The notes beneath the pieces were generated by a model. It saw only the letters and a list, made by a program, of their open reading frames with translations. It was not told where the DNA came from and made no database searches. This document shows positions 34,501 to 42,908 of a DNA stretch of 64,000 nucleotides, piece after piece. Every line of letters begins with the position of its first letter. The first letter of the stretch is position 1. Source of the stretch: Batkoa obscura (lineage: Eukaryota); the NCBI GenBank assembly GCA_030770535.1, contig JASVEC010000001.1:248001-312000 (forward strand), in the 5' to 3' direction. The position numbers were made by a program, and so were the translations under genes.

Positions 34501-37433
34501 ATCCTGTTTGGGCTGATCTTAATGGTGGTTTCCAACAATTAAGCAACTTTAAACAAGTAATTACTACTTTACGTCAACAAATTATGGAAACTGCTTCCAC
34601 TCGTCAAGCCATTTCTACTGATAACGCAATTGATTTCAATATTGTTAATGGTCCTAATGCATCTAAATCTTATCAAACTCGTACCTCTGTACCTCGTGCT
34701 AATATTAAGGTCAATTTCCCTGAACTTAAACCCTATGACCAAATCAAACAAATACAAAATTTACAAGGTATGTTAGATCTTGAAAAAGTAGTTGTTGTTA
34801 CTGGATTTTCTGAAGTTGGACCATGGGGTAATTCACGTACTCGTTGGGAAATGGAAGCTTATGGAGAATTTTCTCTTGAAGGTTGTATTGAAATGGCTTG
34901 GATTATGGGCCTAATTAAACATCATAATGGACCATTAAAAACAGGTGGTCAATATACTGGTTGGGTGGATGCTAAAACTAATGTACCAGTACCAGATAAT
35001 GAAGTTAAAAAATTATATGAAGAAAAGATATTAGAGCATTCTGGTATTCGATTAATTGAACCTGAATTATTCCATGGTTATGATCCAAATTCTCGTCCAT
35101 TATTGCGTGAAGTTGTTATTGATCATGATTTAGAACCAATGGAAGTAAGTGCTGAAGAAGCTCAACACTTCAAACATAAACATGGCGATAAAGTAGAAAC
35201 TTATGAAATTAAAGAAACTGGTTCTTGGTTAGTTCGTTTCCGAAAAGGTTCTGCTATTTATGTACCAAAAGCATTACGTCATGATCGTTTAGTTGCTGGT
35301 CAAATACCAACTGGTTGGGATCCACTTCGATATGGTATACCAGAAGATATTGTAAATCAAGTAGATCGAATTACTTTATTTGTACTTGTTTCTACGGTTG
35401 AAGCTTTAGTTGCTTCTGGTATTACTGATCCTTATGAATTTTATAAATATGTTCACGTAACTGAAGTTGGTAATACTGCTGGTTCTGGTATGGGTGGTAT
35501 GGTTAGTTTACGTCGTATGTACAAAGAACGTTTTACAGATCAACCAGTTCAAATGGATATTTTACAAGAAACTTTTATTAATACTATGCCTGCTTGGGTC
35601 AACTTATTATTATTATCTTCTTCAGGACCAATTAAAACACCTGTTGGTGCTTGTGCTACTGCTGTTGAATCGGTTGAAATTGGTGTTGATACTATTATGA
35701 GTGGTAAAGCTAAAGTAGTTATTGTTGGTGGCTATGATGATTTCCATGAAGAAGGATCCACTGAATTCGCTAATATGAAAGCTACTTCTAACTCTATTGA
35801 AGAATTTGCCAAGGGACGTACACCAAGAGAAATGTCTCGACCAACTACTACTACTCGTTCGGGATTTATGGAATCTCAAGGTTCCGGTATTGAAATTTTG
35901 ATGAATGCCAAACTTGCTATTGAAATGGGTGTACCAATTTATGGTATTGTTGCGCTTACCAATACTGCCACTGATAAAGAAGGTCGTTCTGTTCCAGCAC
36001 CAGGCCAAGGTATATTAACTACCGCTCGTGAATGCCCAGGTCAATTTAGATCGCCTTTACTTGATATTAAATATCGCCAACGTCAAATTGAATATGCTCG
36101 TACTCAAATTAAAGCTTGGGTTGAAAAAGAATACTCCGAACTTAAATTTGAAGTAGAAAATCTTAAAGCTAATGGTCAACTTAATCCTGAAACTGAAAAA
36201 CAATTTATCAAAGAAAGAACGGAATACATTGCTAAAGAAAGTGCCCGCCAAGAAAAGCAATCTCTTAATCAATGGGGTAATGAATTTTATAAACAAGATC
36301 CAACTATTTCTCCATTACGTGGTGCGCTTGCTTCCTTTGGTTTAACCGTGGATGATATTGGTGTTGCTTCTTTCCATGGTACCTCCACTAAAGCTAATGA
36401 TAAAAACGAAAGTGAAGTTGTTGATAAACAATTGAAACATCTTGGTCGTAGTAAGGGCAATGCTTTACCTGGTATTTTCCAAAAATACCTTACTGGTCAT
36501 CCAAAGGGTGCAGCAGCAGCATGGATGTTTAATGGTGTTATGCAGGTGTTACAAACAGGTATCATTCCTGGTAATCGTAATGCGGATAATATTGATAATG
36601 TACTTAAATCTTATGAATATGTATTATTCCCATCTCGTTCTATTCATACCGATGGTGTTAAAGCCGGTTTACTTAAGTCTTTCGGTTTTGGTCAAGTTGG
36701 TGGTGAAGTGTTAGTTATCCATCCAGATTATTTGTTCACTGCTCTTAGCGAAATTGAATACGATAATTATAAAGTTAAGAATGCTAATCGTCAAGCTGCT
36801 TCTTATCGTTATTTCCATGATTCTATTACTGGTGCTGCTGGTTTAGTTCAAGTTAAAAATGAAGCTCCTTATTCTAATGAACTTGAATCTCAAGTTTATC
36901 TTAATCCAGTAGCTCGTGCTTCTTATGATAAATCAAAAAAGAGTTATCGTTTTACAGATGCCAAATCAAAAGTTCAAGTTCCAACCACGGATGCTGAATT
37001 AACTCAAAAGATACTTTCTTCCATTCAAACTACTGATGGTACCAATGAAAAAGGAGTCGGTGTTGATGTTGAATTAATATCATCCATTAATATTGATAAT
37101 GATACTTTTATTGAACGTAATTATACTGTCGAAGAAATCCATTACTGTCATTCAAGACCAGATCCAAATTCCAGTTTCGCTGGTAAATGGGCAGCAAAAG
37201 AAGCTGTTATTAAAGCCATTTCTTCTTTCTCTCTTAATTCAGAGCCGGTTTGGACTCAAGGTGCAGGTGCGCCATTAAAAGATATTGAAATTGTCATTGC
37301 TGAATCCAATGCTCCTAAAGTAATTCTTCATAATGAAGCTGCTCAAGCAGCTGCTAAGGTGAATGTGACTGAAGTTAAGGTTTCCATCTCTCACTCGGGT
37401 CAATATGCTGTGGCTATGGCAGTAGCTAAATAA
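25590..37433 (+). CDS. FAS: Single-chain fungal type I fatty acid synthase (beta and alpha subunits fused)
   Basis: 3947 aa in order AT (GHSQG), ER (GGRAGGHHS), DH (NPIH, THGMW), MPT (GHSLGEY), Ala/Pro linker, ACP (GKSTLQNE), KR (SPNHG, YSESK), KS (PVGACAT, SFHGTST, TGHPKG), PPT (GVDVE, WAAKEA). Confidence 0.98.
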   Translation: MALRSRQHSFSAGLQASRPLNIKNNSVEVSILFSNEIWNSAEQLREEFSLQPLPETILPEELSPIELIALFLSFAVDRAETDDIQSFYPVVRVVFFHLRDVFLKKNDVHSATKQLPLANRNVIIQAYFYALSVLRKEGILFGDDCPAPSSALFTASRKKDAALFAVFGGQGSSEEYFDELVELFSLYEGIVRPFITKMSSILRSHALSTEATAFHSKGLNVIRWLENPESRPDVPYLVSAPVSLPMIGLIQLTHYLVAMKVLDMSPDQLRNHFHGATGHSQGIISAVVIASSSNEESFYENAEKALGLLFWIGTRSQQIYPQVTLNPTILKDSISNGEGNPSVMLAIYNLRLAEIQKYVEATNQHLPKDRQIYINLINGPRSIICVGHPQSLHGLNLTLRKIKAPSGLDQSRVPHSQRKQKFSSRFLPITVPFHSEYLVKASERIAQDIANLNLEFRSKDLAIPISSTLDGKDLRNSENLTEDLVNLICVHPINWEKATDVSSLTHVIDFGPGGTSGIGGLTYRNKEGTGVQVILAGTLQGGNQHLSYKADLFDNDPTAVKYSQNWSEAFRPKLAKISSTGKILVDTRFSRLIGKAPLMVAGMTPCTVPSKFVSAVINAGYHVELAGGGHFSEEMFRDKIKDIMNKIQPGESITVNILFLNAFQWGFQFPLVQKMKQEGYPIEGICCAAGTPSPDVANDIVSQIKNAGLKHISFKPGSVSAIRQVIQIAVNNPDMPIIMQWTGGRAGGHHSFEDFHQPILETYASIRQQSNIILIAGSGFGSHEDTLPYITGEWSGIYDYPSMPFDGVLFGSRVMVAAESEAADEVKALIVNAPGVEDKDWENTYTRETGGILTVKSELGEPIHKVANRGIRFWKEMDDTVFTLPKNKRQAVLDNKKDYIIKRLNADFQKVWFGKKADGKPADLQDMTYAEVVNRLVELTYINHQQRWIDISLRRFVGDFMVRLEERFISTKKASLLQDYNQIQQPHEFVKSFLEAYPESSKQLLTTEDIQYFLSQCLRRDQKPVPFIPVLDSNLEFWFKKDSLWQSEDLQAVPEQDVERAAILHGPIAAKHSTEYNVPVKDILDGIHNGHIQSLLNKYYNGDESSIPIIEYIGGTQNNYPEYVPKDVLAITDPVNPDVIVYETSASGALPSTEAWLELVSGPKEGWLRAILTSPLIVQGNMTVKNPLLKVFRPRRNQKVTIQFANNNNHSLKVYEGTGKNSRLAIKAEINGDKQIDVTFFEKKGTEEVALTFPYLYKPEQGYAPIHEVMEGRNDRIKKFYYNLWFGSDEYDSISNDPNFEFVAQGEKVSREDISKFCQAVGNQAELYVDRGQDILTAPVDFAIVVGWKSIIKAIFPKFIDGDLLKLVHLSNGFRLFENVRPLQSGDVVDTHAKITALVNNESGKLVQVKGTVKRDGVDVMEVNSQFLYRGKFTDFEHTFRNSDEIPMEIVLPTSKEIAVLKSKSWFIWERNDVHLTPGSTLTFRLNTHSKFKSTNVYSELKTIGSVFMQIPTKEVVKVASVNYISGESHGNPVTEYLKRLGQSIDQATLFENGGYSVMPKGDDFNSSVQTPSSNFSYAQVSQDLNPIHVNPYFADLADLPGTITHGMWSSASTRKFVETFAADNHPLRVTAYDVSFQGMVLPGDQLTTNLFHIGMQEGKKIIKVETINQHGDKVLAGTAEVEQPSTAYVFTGQGSQEVGMGMALYDSSPVARKIWDQADSHYLKNYGFSILDIVRNNPKEHTIHFGGSEGKAIRKNYISMTYDKVDEDGTVRTYPIFPQINERSISFTFISPNGLLSATQFTQPALTLMEKAAFEDMKAKGLIQRGCPFAGHSLGEYAALAAIGKVLHVDAVADLVFYRGMTMQSAVQRDSLGRSNFGMVAVNPSRVSKSLNETYLKYVVDAIAHQSAGLLQIVNYNVENWQYVVSGELTNLETLANVLNYMKSSNIDLANLMKTMTLDQVKEHLTSIISVALEKAKDKKEKSGGRLVLERGYATIPLPGIDVPFHSHFLLSGVVPFRTYILQKIDPSNIDVALLTGRYIPNLTAIPYRVDKEYFEYVYKITNSSRVNKVLKNWDDEANFNPAQLQQLGYILLVELLAFQFASPVRWIETQDQLFKEYGVERLIEIGPSPTLSGMADRTLKFKYAAYDDALNLQRASLCFSKHEREIYYAVEPEEEAAPTTTGNEATQIESKSAPAPAPAAVSAPRGPAVALDDVPVNAVDVLHVIIAQKLKKELSAISLSKAIKDLVGGKSTLQNEILGDLQKEFGNNVPEKPEETPLDELGAALTPGFSGNLGKHTSSLISKLAASKLPGGFTQSNARSYLGSTYGLGQGRTDATLLIGLTQEPAARLGSEQDAKAWLDSIAQTYAAHAKISLSSGGSGDSGAGSAGGVVIDSAEFNALTKKQNDLYKRQIQLLAQYLGEDQYITTKLLDAEKTRSDILQKELDLFQAEHGDEYISSIKPAFDSKKVRVYNSYWNWSRQDALNLYYDFVFGNITDVDRNITAQCLHLMNRSDPSLVDFMKYYIDNCPAEKGGNYKTTKEFGKLLIENVQASLEHPPVYKDVTFPMAPSTQISEKGDITYKEIHRPGVRKLAHYVKEMTRGSNLTEFSGRQQIQQNLGRMLKIVQHQPRVKKAYKEEIKYLYTDVMRSLALNQSGIKAEKTSKIRRSVKPNGIKKQDGSNKESLPFLLLKKKDHIHGWEYNTKLTSIYLEGLNEMCNSGLSLVNKKVLVTGCGRKSIGSEIVCSLLSGGAQVIVTTSRFNRAATNYYQGLYQRYGAKGSSLIVLPFNQGSKQDVENLVNYIYNTDEKAGLNWDLDCIIPFAAVPENGREITDIDGRSEFAHRVMLTNLLRLLGSVKTKKQSLGYHTRPAQVIVPLSPNHGIFGSDGLYSESKLSLENLMNRWKSESWGNYLTIVGCVIGWTRGTGLMEQNNIVCEGLEKFGVRTFSTQEMAFNILGLLHPNVVDLAQIDPVWADLNGGFQQLSNFKQVITTLRQQIMETASTRQAISTDNAIDFNIVNGPNASKSYQTRTSVPRANIKVNFPELKPYDQIKQIQNLQGMLDLEKVVVVTGFSEVGPWGNSRTRWEMEAYGEFSLEGCIEMAWIMGLIKHHNGPLKTGGQYTGWVDAKTNVPVPDNEVKKLYEEKILEHSGIRLIEPELFHGYDPNSRPLLREVVIDHDLEPMEVSAEEAQHFKHKHGDKVETYEIKETGSWLVRFRKGSAIYVPKALRHDRLVAGQIPTGWDPLRYGIPEDIVNQVDRITLFVLVSTVEALVASGITDPYEFYKYVHVTEVGNTAGSGMGGMVSLRRMYKERFTDQPVQMDILQETFINTMPAWVNLLLLSSSGPIKTPVGACATAVESVEIGVDTIMSGKAKVVIVGGYDDFHEEGSTEFANMKATSNSIEEFAKGRTPREMSRPTTTTRSGFMESQGSGIEILMNAKLAIEMGVPIYGIVALTNTATDKEGRSVPAPGQGILTTARECPGQFRSPLLDIKYRQRQIEYARTQIKAWVEKEYSELKFEVENLKANGQLNPETEKQFIKERTEYIAKESARQEKQSLNQWGNEFYKQDPTISPLRGALASFGLTVDDIGVASFHGTSTKANDKNESEVVDKQLKHLGRSKGNALPGIFQKYLTGHPKGAAAAWMFNGVMQVLQTGIIPGNRNADNIDNVLKSYEYVLFPSRSIHTDGVKAGLLKSFGFGQVGGEVLVIHPDYLFTALSEIEYDNYKVKNANRQAASYRYFHDSITGAAGLVQVKNEAPYSNELESQVYLNPVARASYDKSKKSYRFTDAKSKVQVPTTDAELTQKILSSIQTTDGTNEKGVGVDVELISSINIDNDTFIERNYTVEEIHYCHSRPDPNSSFAGKWAAKEAVIKAISSFSLNSEPVWTQGAGAPLKDIEIVIAESNAPKVILHNEAAQAAAKVNVTEVKVSISHSGQYAVAMAVAK

Positions 37434-38092
37434 GCAATTATTCTAAAGGAAAAAAAACTTTAATTGATTGTTTTTGTTTAGTTTTTATTTTTTTGTTAGT
37501 TGCTAACATGGATGCTGGATTGTTATAATTTAACTCCATTTTTTTCCCTAAAATAATTTTTCCATCCTTTATTTCTTTTGAATATTAAAATTGAGTACAC
37601 ACTTTTTAAATTATTAGTCTTATAATAATTCAATAATCTGCTATTGAAGATATCGAAAGGATTTTACAGTTGATGAATTAACTATTTTTAATATTATAGT
37701 AATTGGCTCTTTAATGTTATCAATATCCAATGATTAATTATTGGTTAGTTTTATTATTATTTTGTTTATTTTTATATCTTTATAAATTTATGATAGATTT
37801 ATTAAACATCTATCTAATCTCTATATTGACTTGAAATTTAGTTAAAACAATAAAACTTCATCTTTTTATATTAGATTCTATTGTTAAACGTTGATTATTT
37901 ACTTCTTTATAATCATGTATATTTACTATATTAAACTATTGATTTCTTATCAAATAATGTTTTTAAAAATTATCTATTTTAAAAAACTTTGATTAATTAA
38001 ATTTAATTAGGAACATTCAATTAAAAAGTGAAATCCTTAATTCTTTATTTTTTCTCTTTTTTATTTTATTTCGTTTAAAATAAAGTTATAAA

Positions 38093-38737
38093 ATGGATTC
38101 ATTAATAGTTGAAGATATGCGAGAAATTGGCACCTTACAAATCAATGAATTTCAACAGAAGGAAGAGAGATTAATAGAATTTAAAATATATAAATCCCAT
38201 TTTAAATATTGTTTAATAATGGATTATACTCATTATTTACCCTTACAAAATATTATTAAAAAAGAAAAAGAAAGTTTATTAAATGAATTGATTATAAAAA
38301 TATATTCGGAAACCTTTACAAAAGCTGTAGCAGTTGAACAAAATTTAAAGCAGAATCTGATTTTGTTTAGCTTTAAAACAGTAGATGATTTATATGATCA
38401 ATACATCCCAGTCTTATCCCATTTTCAACAAATAAAGTGTACTATTGCTTATCAATTAAGTGAATATGTTTATTTTATAAAAAATTTCAATTTACCAGGT
38501 ACAATTAATGGATTTGATTTAGAAGATATATTTATTAAACATTATTCAGAATATGGTCATGTTTCTTTTTGTAGGCATCATTTATTTAACCAGTCTACTT
38601 TATATTCCAATTTTGTTACTGTTGTATTGATTGCTAATAATAAATTAAATGAAGATAAATTAAAATTGGAACCCTTTTATATTGATGATGTACTTATTAA
38701 AGTAGAGTTTATGGAATTGGATTTAGTAATTAATTGA
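38093..38737 (+). CDS. Hypothetical protein, possibly with an RRM-like fold resembling non-LTR retrotransposon ORF1
   Basis: Intact 214-aa ORF in very AT-rich DNA; pattern NLP..ED.F..HY.EYG.V..C..H...S.FVTVVL recognised by eye only. Confidence 0.55.
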   Translation: MDSLIVEDMREIGTLQINEFQQKEERLIEFKIYKSHFKYCLIMDYTHYLPLQNIIKKEKESLLNELIIKIYSETFTKAVAVEQNLKQNLILFSFKTVDDLYDQYIPVLSHFQQIKCTIAYQLSEYVYFIKNFNLPGTINGFDLEDIFIKHYSEYGHVSFCRHHLFNQSTLYSNFVTVVLIANNKLNEDKLKLEPFYIDDVLIKVEFMELDLVIN

Positions 38738-39078
38738 AACAAAGTTAGAATAAAATATAAATTATTACAGTATTTCATGCTTTAAATTACTATTAATATG
38801 TCAATATTTATGTAATCTCAACAGTTTTTTAATGTGAAGGATTTTAAATAGGGTTATTAAATCAAAATTTGAATCAATTTTTATTATAATGTTTCTAATA
38901 AATATAAATTAGAATTTAAACTAACCTTTAATTATATTTAATTTATTTTCAACTATCATATCATTTTATATAATGGCATTTTATTATACTAATACTTCTG
39001 TCTTTATATATTTATCTATACAACTTGATTTTGATTATTATTACATTTCAACATTATTTGGAACAATTTTCGGGACAA

Positions 39079-39113
39079 CCAATCGGTAAAAATACTTTAT
39101 AGATTCTGATTGG
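39079..39113 (+). promoter_or_regulatory. Conserved upstream element of the membrane-protein family (inverted CCAAT pair)
   Basis: CCAATCGGTAAAAATACT...TTCTGATTGG; related words at 44404-44437, 21576-21610 (-) and partly at 42817-42830. Confidence 0.6.
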
Positions 39114-39171
39114 AGCTTCCATTTTTCGAAATAAAGTTGGAATTTTAAGGACAAAATTGTCATTTTTAGTT

Positions 39172-40596
39172 ATGTTTTTATCTTTATTTTTAGCTAATAT
39201 TTTATTCTCTAAAATTAATGCAACAATACCAAGAGTAACTGGCGGTAAATGTATTATAGTAGAAGATGAATTGTACTATTTAGGCGGAATAGTTTTTATA
39301 CCAAATATAGGCATATCTCAATATAATAAACAGCTATTTAAATTGAATTTGAAAAAAGGAGTAAAGTTAATTGGTAATACCGTGGAGTGGGAGATACACA
39401 ATGTGACAAACTCACCAACTCTTTCACATTTTACAAGCCCTTTAAATAAGATGTTTTATATTGGAAATAAAACATTGGTCCATTTTGATCAATACAAATC
39501 TGATCCAACATTAGCTTACACTCGTTTTGATATTGAAAAGAAGGAATGGTATGGTGAATATGTTATCAATGAGCTTTATCATGAAAATAGTATAATTGTT
39601 TCTGAAAAAGATTCCATTCAATATACTGGCCTTTTTAATACTTTACAGGATGAACACAATTTAAACAAATTTTATATTGCAAATGTAATTGATGTACCAA
39701 CCCTACCAACAAAATTAATATCATTTGATATTCAAAAAAAAGAAATGAAAACAATATATGAATCAAGTGGAGACTCTGAAATATCTTTACAGTTTATATA
39801 TAATAATAAATTATATTTTTATAAACAATTAAGAGGAATTGAACAACCAATGATAAAAACTAGATGCTTATATCAATTGGATCTAGAATCATATAGAATA
39901 GAACAGTATAATGTTGCCTATAGGAAAGACATAGGGCCACCAGAAATAATATTCAATAATTCAGCTTATTTCATTTTTGATTATGGCAAAAACGTCCAAG
40001 TTGAAATCACTGAGTTTCAAATTCAACCATTAAATTATAGACCAGTGAAAAAAACAGTTATATTCGAATCTCGTGGGTGTATTACTAATTATAAAAATTA
40101 CCTCATAAGCTCCTTTGGCTATTACCTAATTACTACTGAACAGTTTAGTAATTCTACAAACAATTATGTTACCTTTGATTCTGGTGAAAGTTCCAATAAA
40201 GTTCAAATCTACAATTTAACTAATTGGGAACAAGTCGATAGTATAGCTCCAATGAATGAAAATAAAGATAGTCATGCAGATCCGACAATTAGTAATAACG
40301 GCAATTCATTGATTGAAGGCACTGTAGGAGGAATACTAGTCATAATTTTAATAGTTTCAATTGTATTATTTTTAGTATATAGACATCAATCTAGGAAAAA
40401 AAGAGCACCAAGTTTTATTATCAATCCAATTCATATCAAACCGATCAATCCATTAGATACTAAAAATGAATATTATAATACTGAAATGTTCAGTCATTCG
40501 CAAGAGATTGATGATGCTATTACAATACTACCTATAGACATGCATATTGAAGCTTTAAAAGCCACCAATATAAATAAAGAAAAAGCGAGTTACTAA
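39172..40596 (+). CDS. Kelch-like/beta-propeller single-pass membrane protein, copy 4 (intact)
   Basis: ATG at 39172 gives a signal peptide; CIIVEDELYYLGG; TM segment VGGILVIILIVSIVLFLV; basic stop-transfer RKKR; conserved tail. Confidence 0.85.
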   Translation: MFLSLFLANILFSKINATIPRVTGGKCIIVEDELYYLGGIVFIPNIGISQYNKQLFKLNLKKGVKLIGNTVEWEIHNVTNSPTLSHFTSPLNKMFYIGNKTLVHFDQYKSDPTLAYTRFDIEKKEWYGEYVINELYHENSIIVSEKDSIQYTGLFNTLQDEHNLNKFYIANVIDVPTLPTKLISFDIQKKEMKTIYESSGDSEISLQFIYNNKLYFYKQLRGIEQPMIKTRCLYQLDLESYRIEQYNVAYRKDIGPPEIIFNNSAYFIFDYGKNVQVEITEFQIQPLNYRPVKKTVIFESRGCITNYKNYLISSFGYYLITTEQFSNSTNNYVTFDSGESSNKVQIYNLTNWEQVDSIAPMNENKDSHADPTISNNGNSLIEGTVGGILVIILIVSIVLFLVYRHQSRKKRAPSFIINPIHIKPINPLDTKNEYYNTEMFSHSQEIDDAITILPIDMHIEALKATNINKEKASY

Positions 40597-41916
40597 TATC
40601 AAACAGTTACTATTTAGTGACTGTTTTTATTTAATTTCTATTTTAACTATCTTGAACTATTCTAACAATTCTTGAAATTAACCTTCAATTTATGATTTAT
40701 TATGAATTATAAACCAAAGTCTAGTTAATAGCTAATATTTAATTTATAGTAAAAGCAATTTAACCTTATGAAAATTAATTTAAGGCTGTTATTCTGTCAA
40801 TGTGTTAAGGTCTATTTTAAAATAACCCTTTTTTATAACTATCGGCTTAAATTAGGGTATCAAACAGTTCAATGAATAAATCAACAACTAAAAAGGATGA
40901 TGTATTTGTGAATTATGTTTTTATGAATTAATACCGTCATTATAATATTAACTATGTTAACTAGAATCTAAACCGTGGTTCTACTATTAACAAAAAATAT
41001 TGGTTGAACTCCATAATTCACTTTCTATTCTAAAATAAAAAAATATGTCTATAATATTAATATGACATTTGACGTATGGATTAATTTATTTTTAATTATT
41101 TGAAATAATTCCTCATCTTTTTAACCAAGATCATTTCTTTAAATGTTTGATTATAGCGATTTCACAGTGCGAATAGTTTACTAGTGTTTTTAGCTTCATT
41201 CGAATATAAAAAGATACATGAATCAATATTTCTTTCTTAGCTGGAATAATAAGATTTATAACAACATACTGTACTATTTATATTGAAGCCTATTTATCAT
41301 CTTATTTTCATGATGTACGTATGTTTTTATATAAGCTATAGCTTTACTAAGTATAAGTATAGAATTTGAACCCACACCGAAATAGACACAGATTAGTCTA
41401 GCCATAACCTATTAACCGATTCCTTCATTTTGGCTCTAATACGATACTTACTTGTTTAATTCAGTAATAGCAATTAGATCCAAAATGATTTATTATATCT
41501 AGTGAGTATACTTTCAATACTATAATGTAAATTACTCTTTGTTTCCTTATGTAAATAGATTATTTCATGTAACTTATAATATCAATTGTATTTAATTGAT
41601 TTCGATTTTAATCCAGTATTTCTATATTTGCATTCCTTGGACTAGGAGTCAAGATTTCTACTCTACTTCATAAAATAGAATAATTCCACCATACAAACAC
41701 AAGCAAAAGTGTCAAGCTATCACATATGCAATTATTAATAATATATTGTTGGCTTAGGTTCACTAAATTGTTGATAACTTATTGACAAAGTTAACAATCG
41801 AAGCCACTTCCCTAACAATCAATCATTATTTACCCCAAATCTTTAACAAGTAAAGTTGCATATTTAGTTGAGCAATGCTTATATAAACCTGAAGTAGCAT
41901 TAAATTCATTTATTTC

Positions 41917-42074
41917 TAGCTGTTACAGCTCTATTGCAATTTGATTTATGGTAATATTTAGAGCTAGTTATTTGTTTATTTGTTTTTTAAACCCTAATAA
42001 TTTGTTTTTGGCTGACCTTAGTTAATTTACTTAAATGAACGGTTAATTAAGTTGCAATAGAATTACAACAGCTG
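41917..42074. mobile_element. MITE family B copy
   Basis: AGCTGTTACAGCTCTATTGCAA ... TTGCAATAGAATTACAACAGCTG followed by TA. Confidence 0.7.
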
Positions 42075-42908
42075 TATCTGGTATTTTCCTTGTAAAATAA
42101 ACGCATCGTTGAAATAATTTTATAAGCTATAGAAAGATTTTTTTTAGGATATCAAACTATTTCTTTTCATTGTGTAGGGGTTTTAAAACTTAACGCTCTT
42201 TTAATAGTTTTAAAACGGATAAATTTTCCACCGTTTCAATAGCCCTACTTAAAATCTCCCCTTATTTACCCTTTTATACCATCACCCTTTATCATCCAGG
42301 TTTCTCTTTTAAAAATTTTTAACTTCAAACAATACAATACTTGACAGACTCCGGCTCTTTCAAGATCTTCAAAAAAAAAAGATCTAGAGGTCTTATGAAG
42401 GCAATCTTACTTTTATTCTAGCTGATTAAGGCATATGTAAATCAGAACATAGCGGGTAATTACTAGATATAATCTGTATCATTACATTAAGTGATATCTA
42501 CTACATTAAGTAACTGGAGCTATCCTATAATACCTAACAGGATCTTAAAAGAACATGTTTATTAGATTTTAATTAGGACTTGATTTTGCTGATATATTCC
42601 TGTTTACACTAATTGAATTTAATCAATTTTTTAACTAACTTCGATTCATTATTTTTACAGCTATTTATTCAGTTAAGAATAGTAGATATTTAAGCATTAA
42701 GCTTTAAATCGCCATAATAATTCGCAAGTTAATTATAAAAATTATCACTAATTAGTGCATGCTTAAAATTAAACAGCTGTAATAATTATTAATGTTCTTT
42801 ACTGTTAAAATTATATAGATTCTGACTGGAACTTATATTCTTCAAACTAAATACAACTACAAAGATGAAAAATATTTTTCATAAATAACATTAATTTTAA
42901 TTTTATAT

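Noticed and set aside
25607..37278. Short overlapping or antisense ORFs inside FAS (and similar ones inside the SUN, PH and phosphatase genes)
   Set aside because: Shadow frames of real genes with no recognisable motifs.
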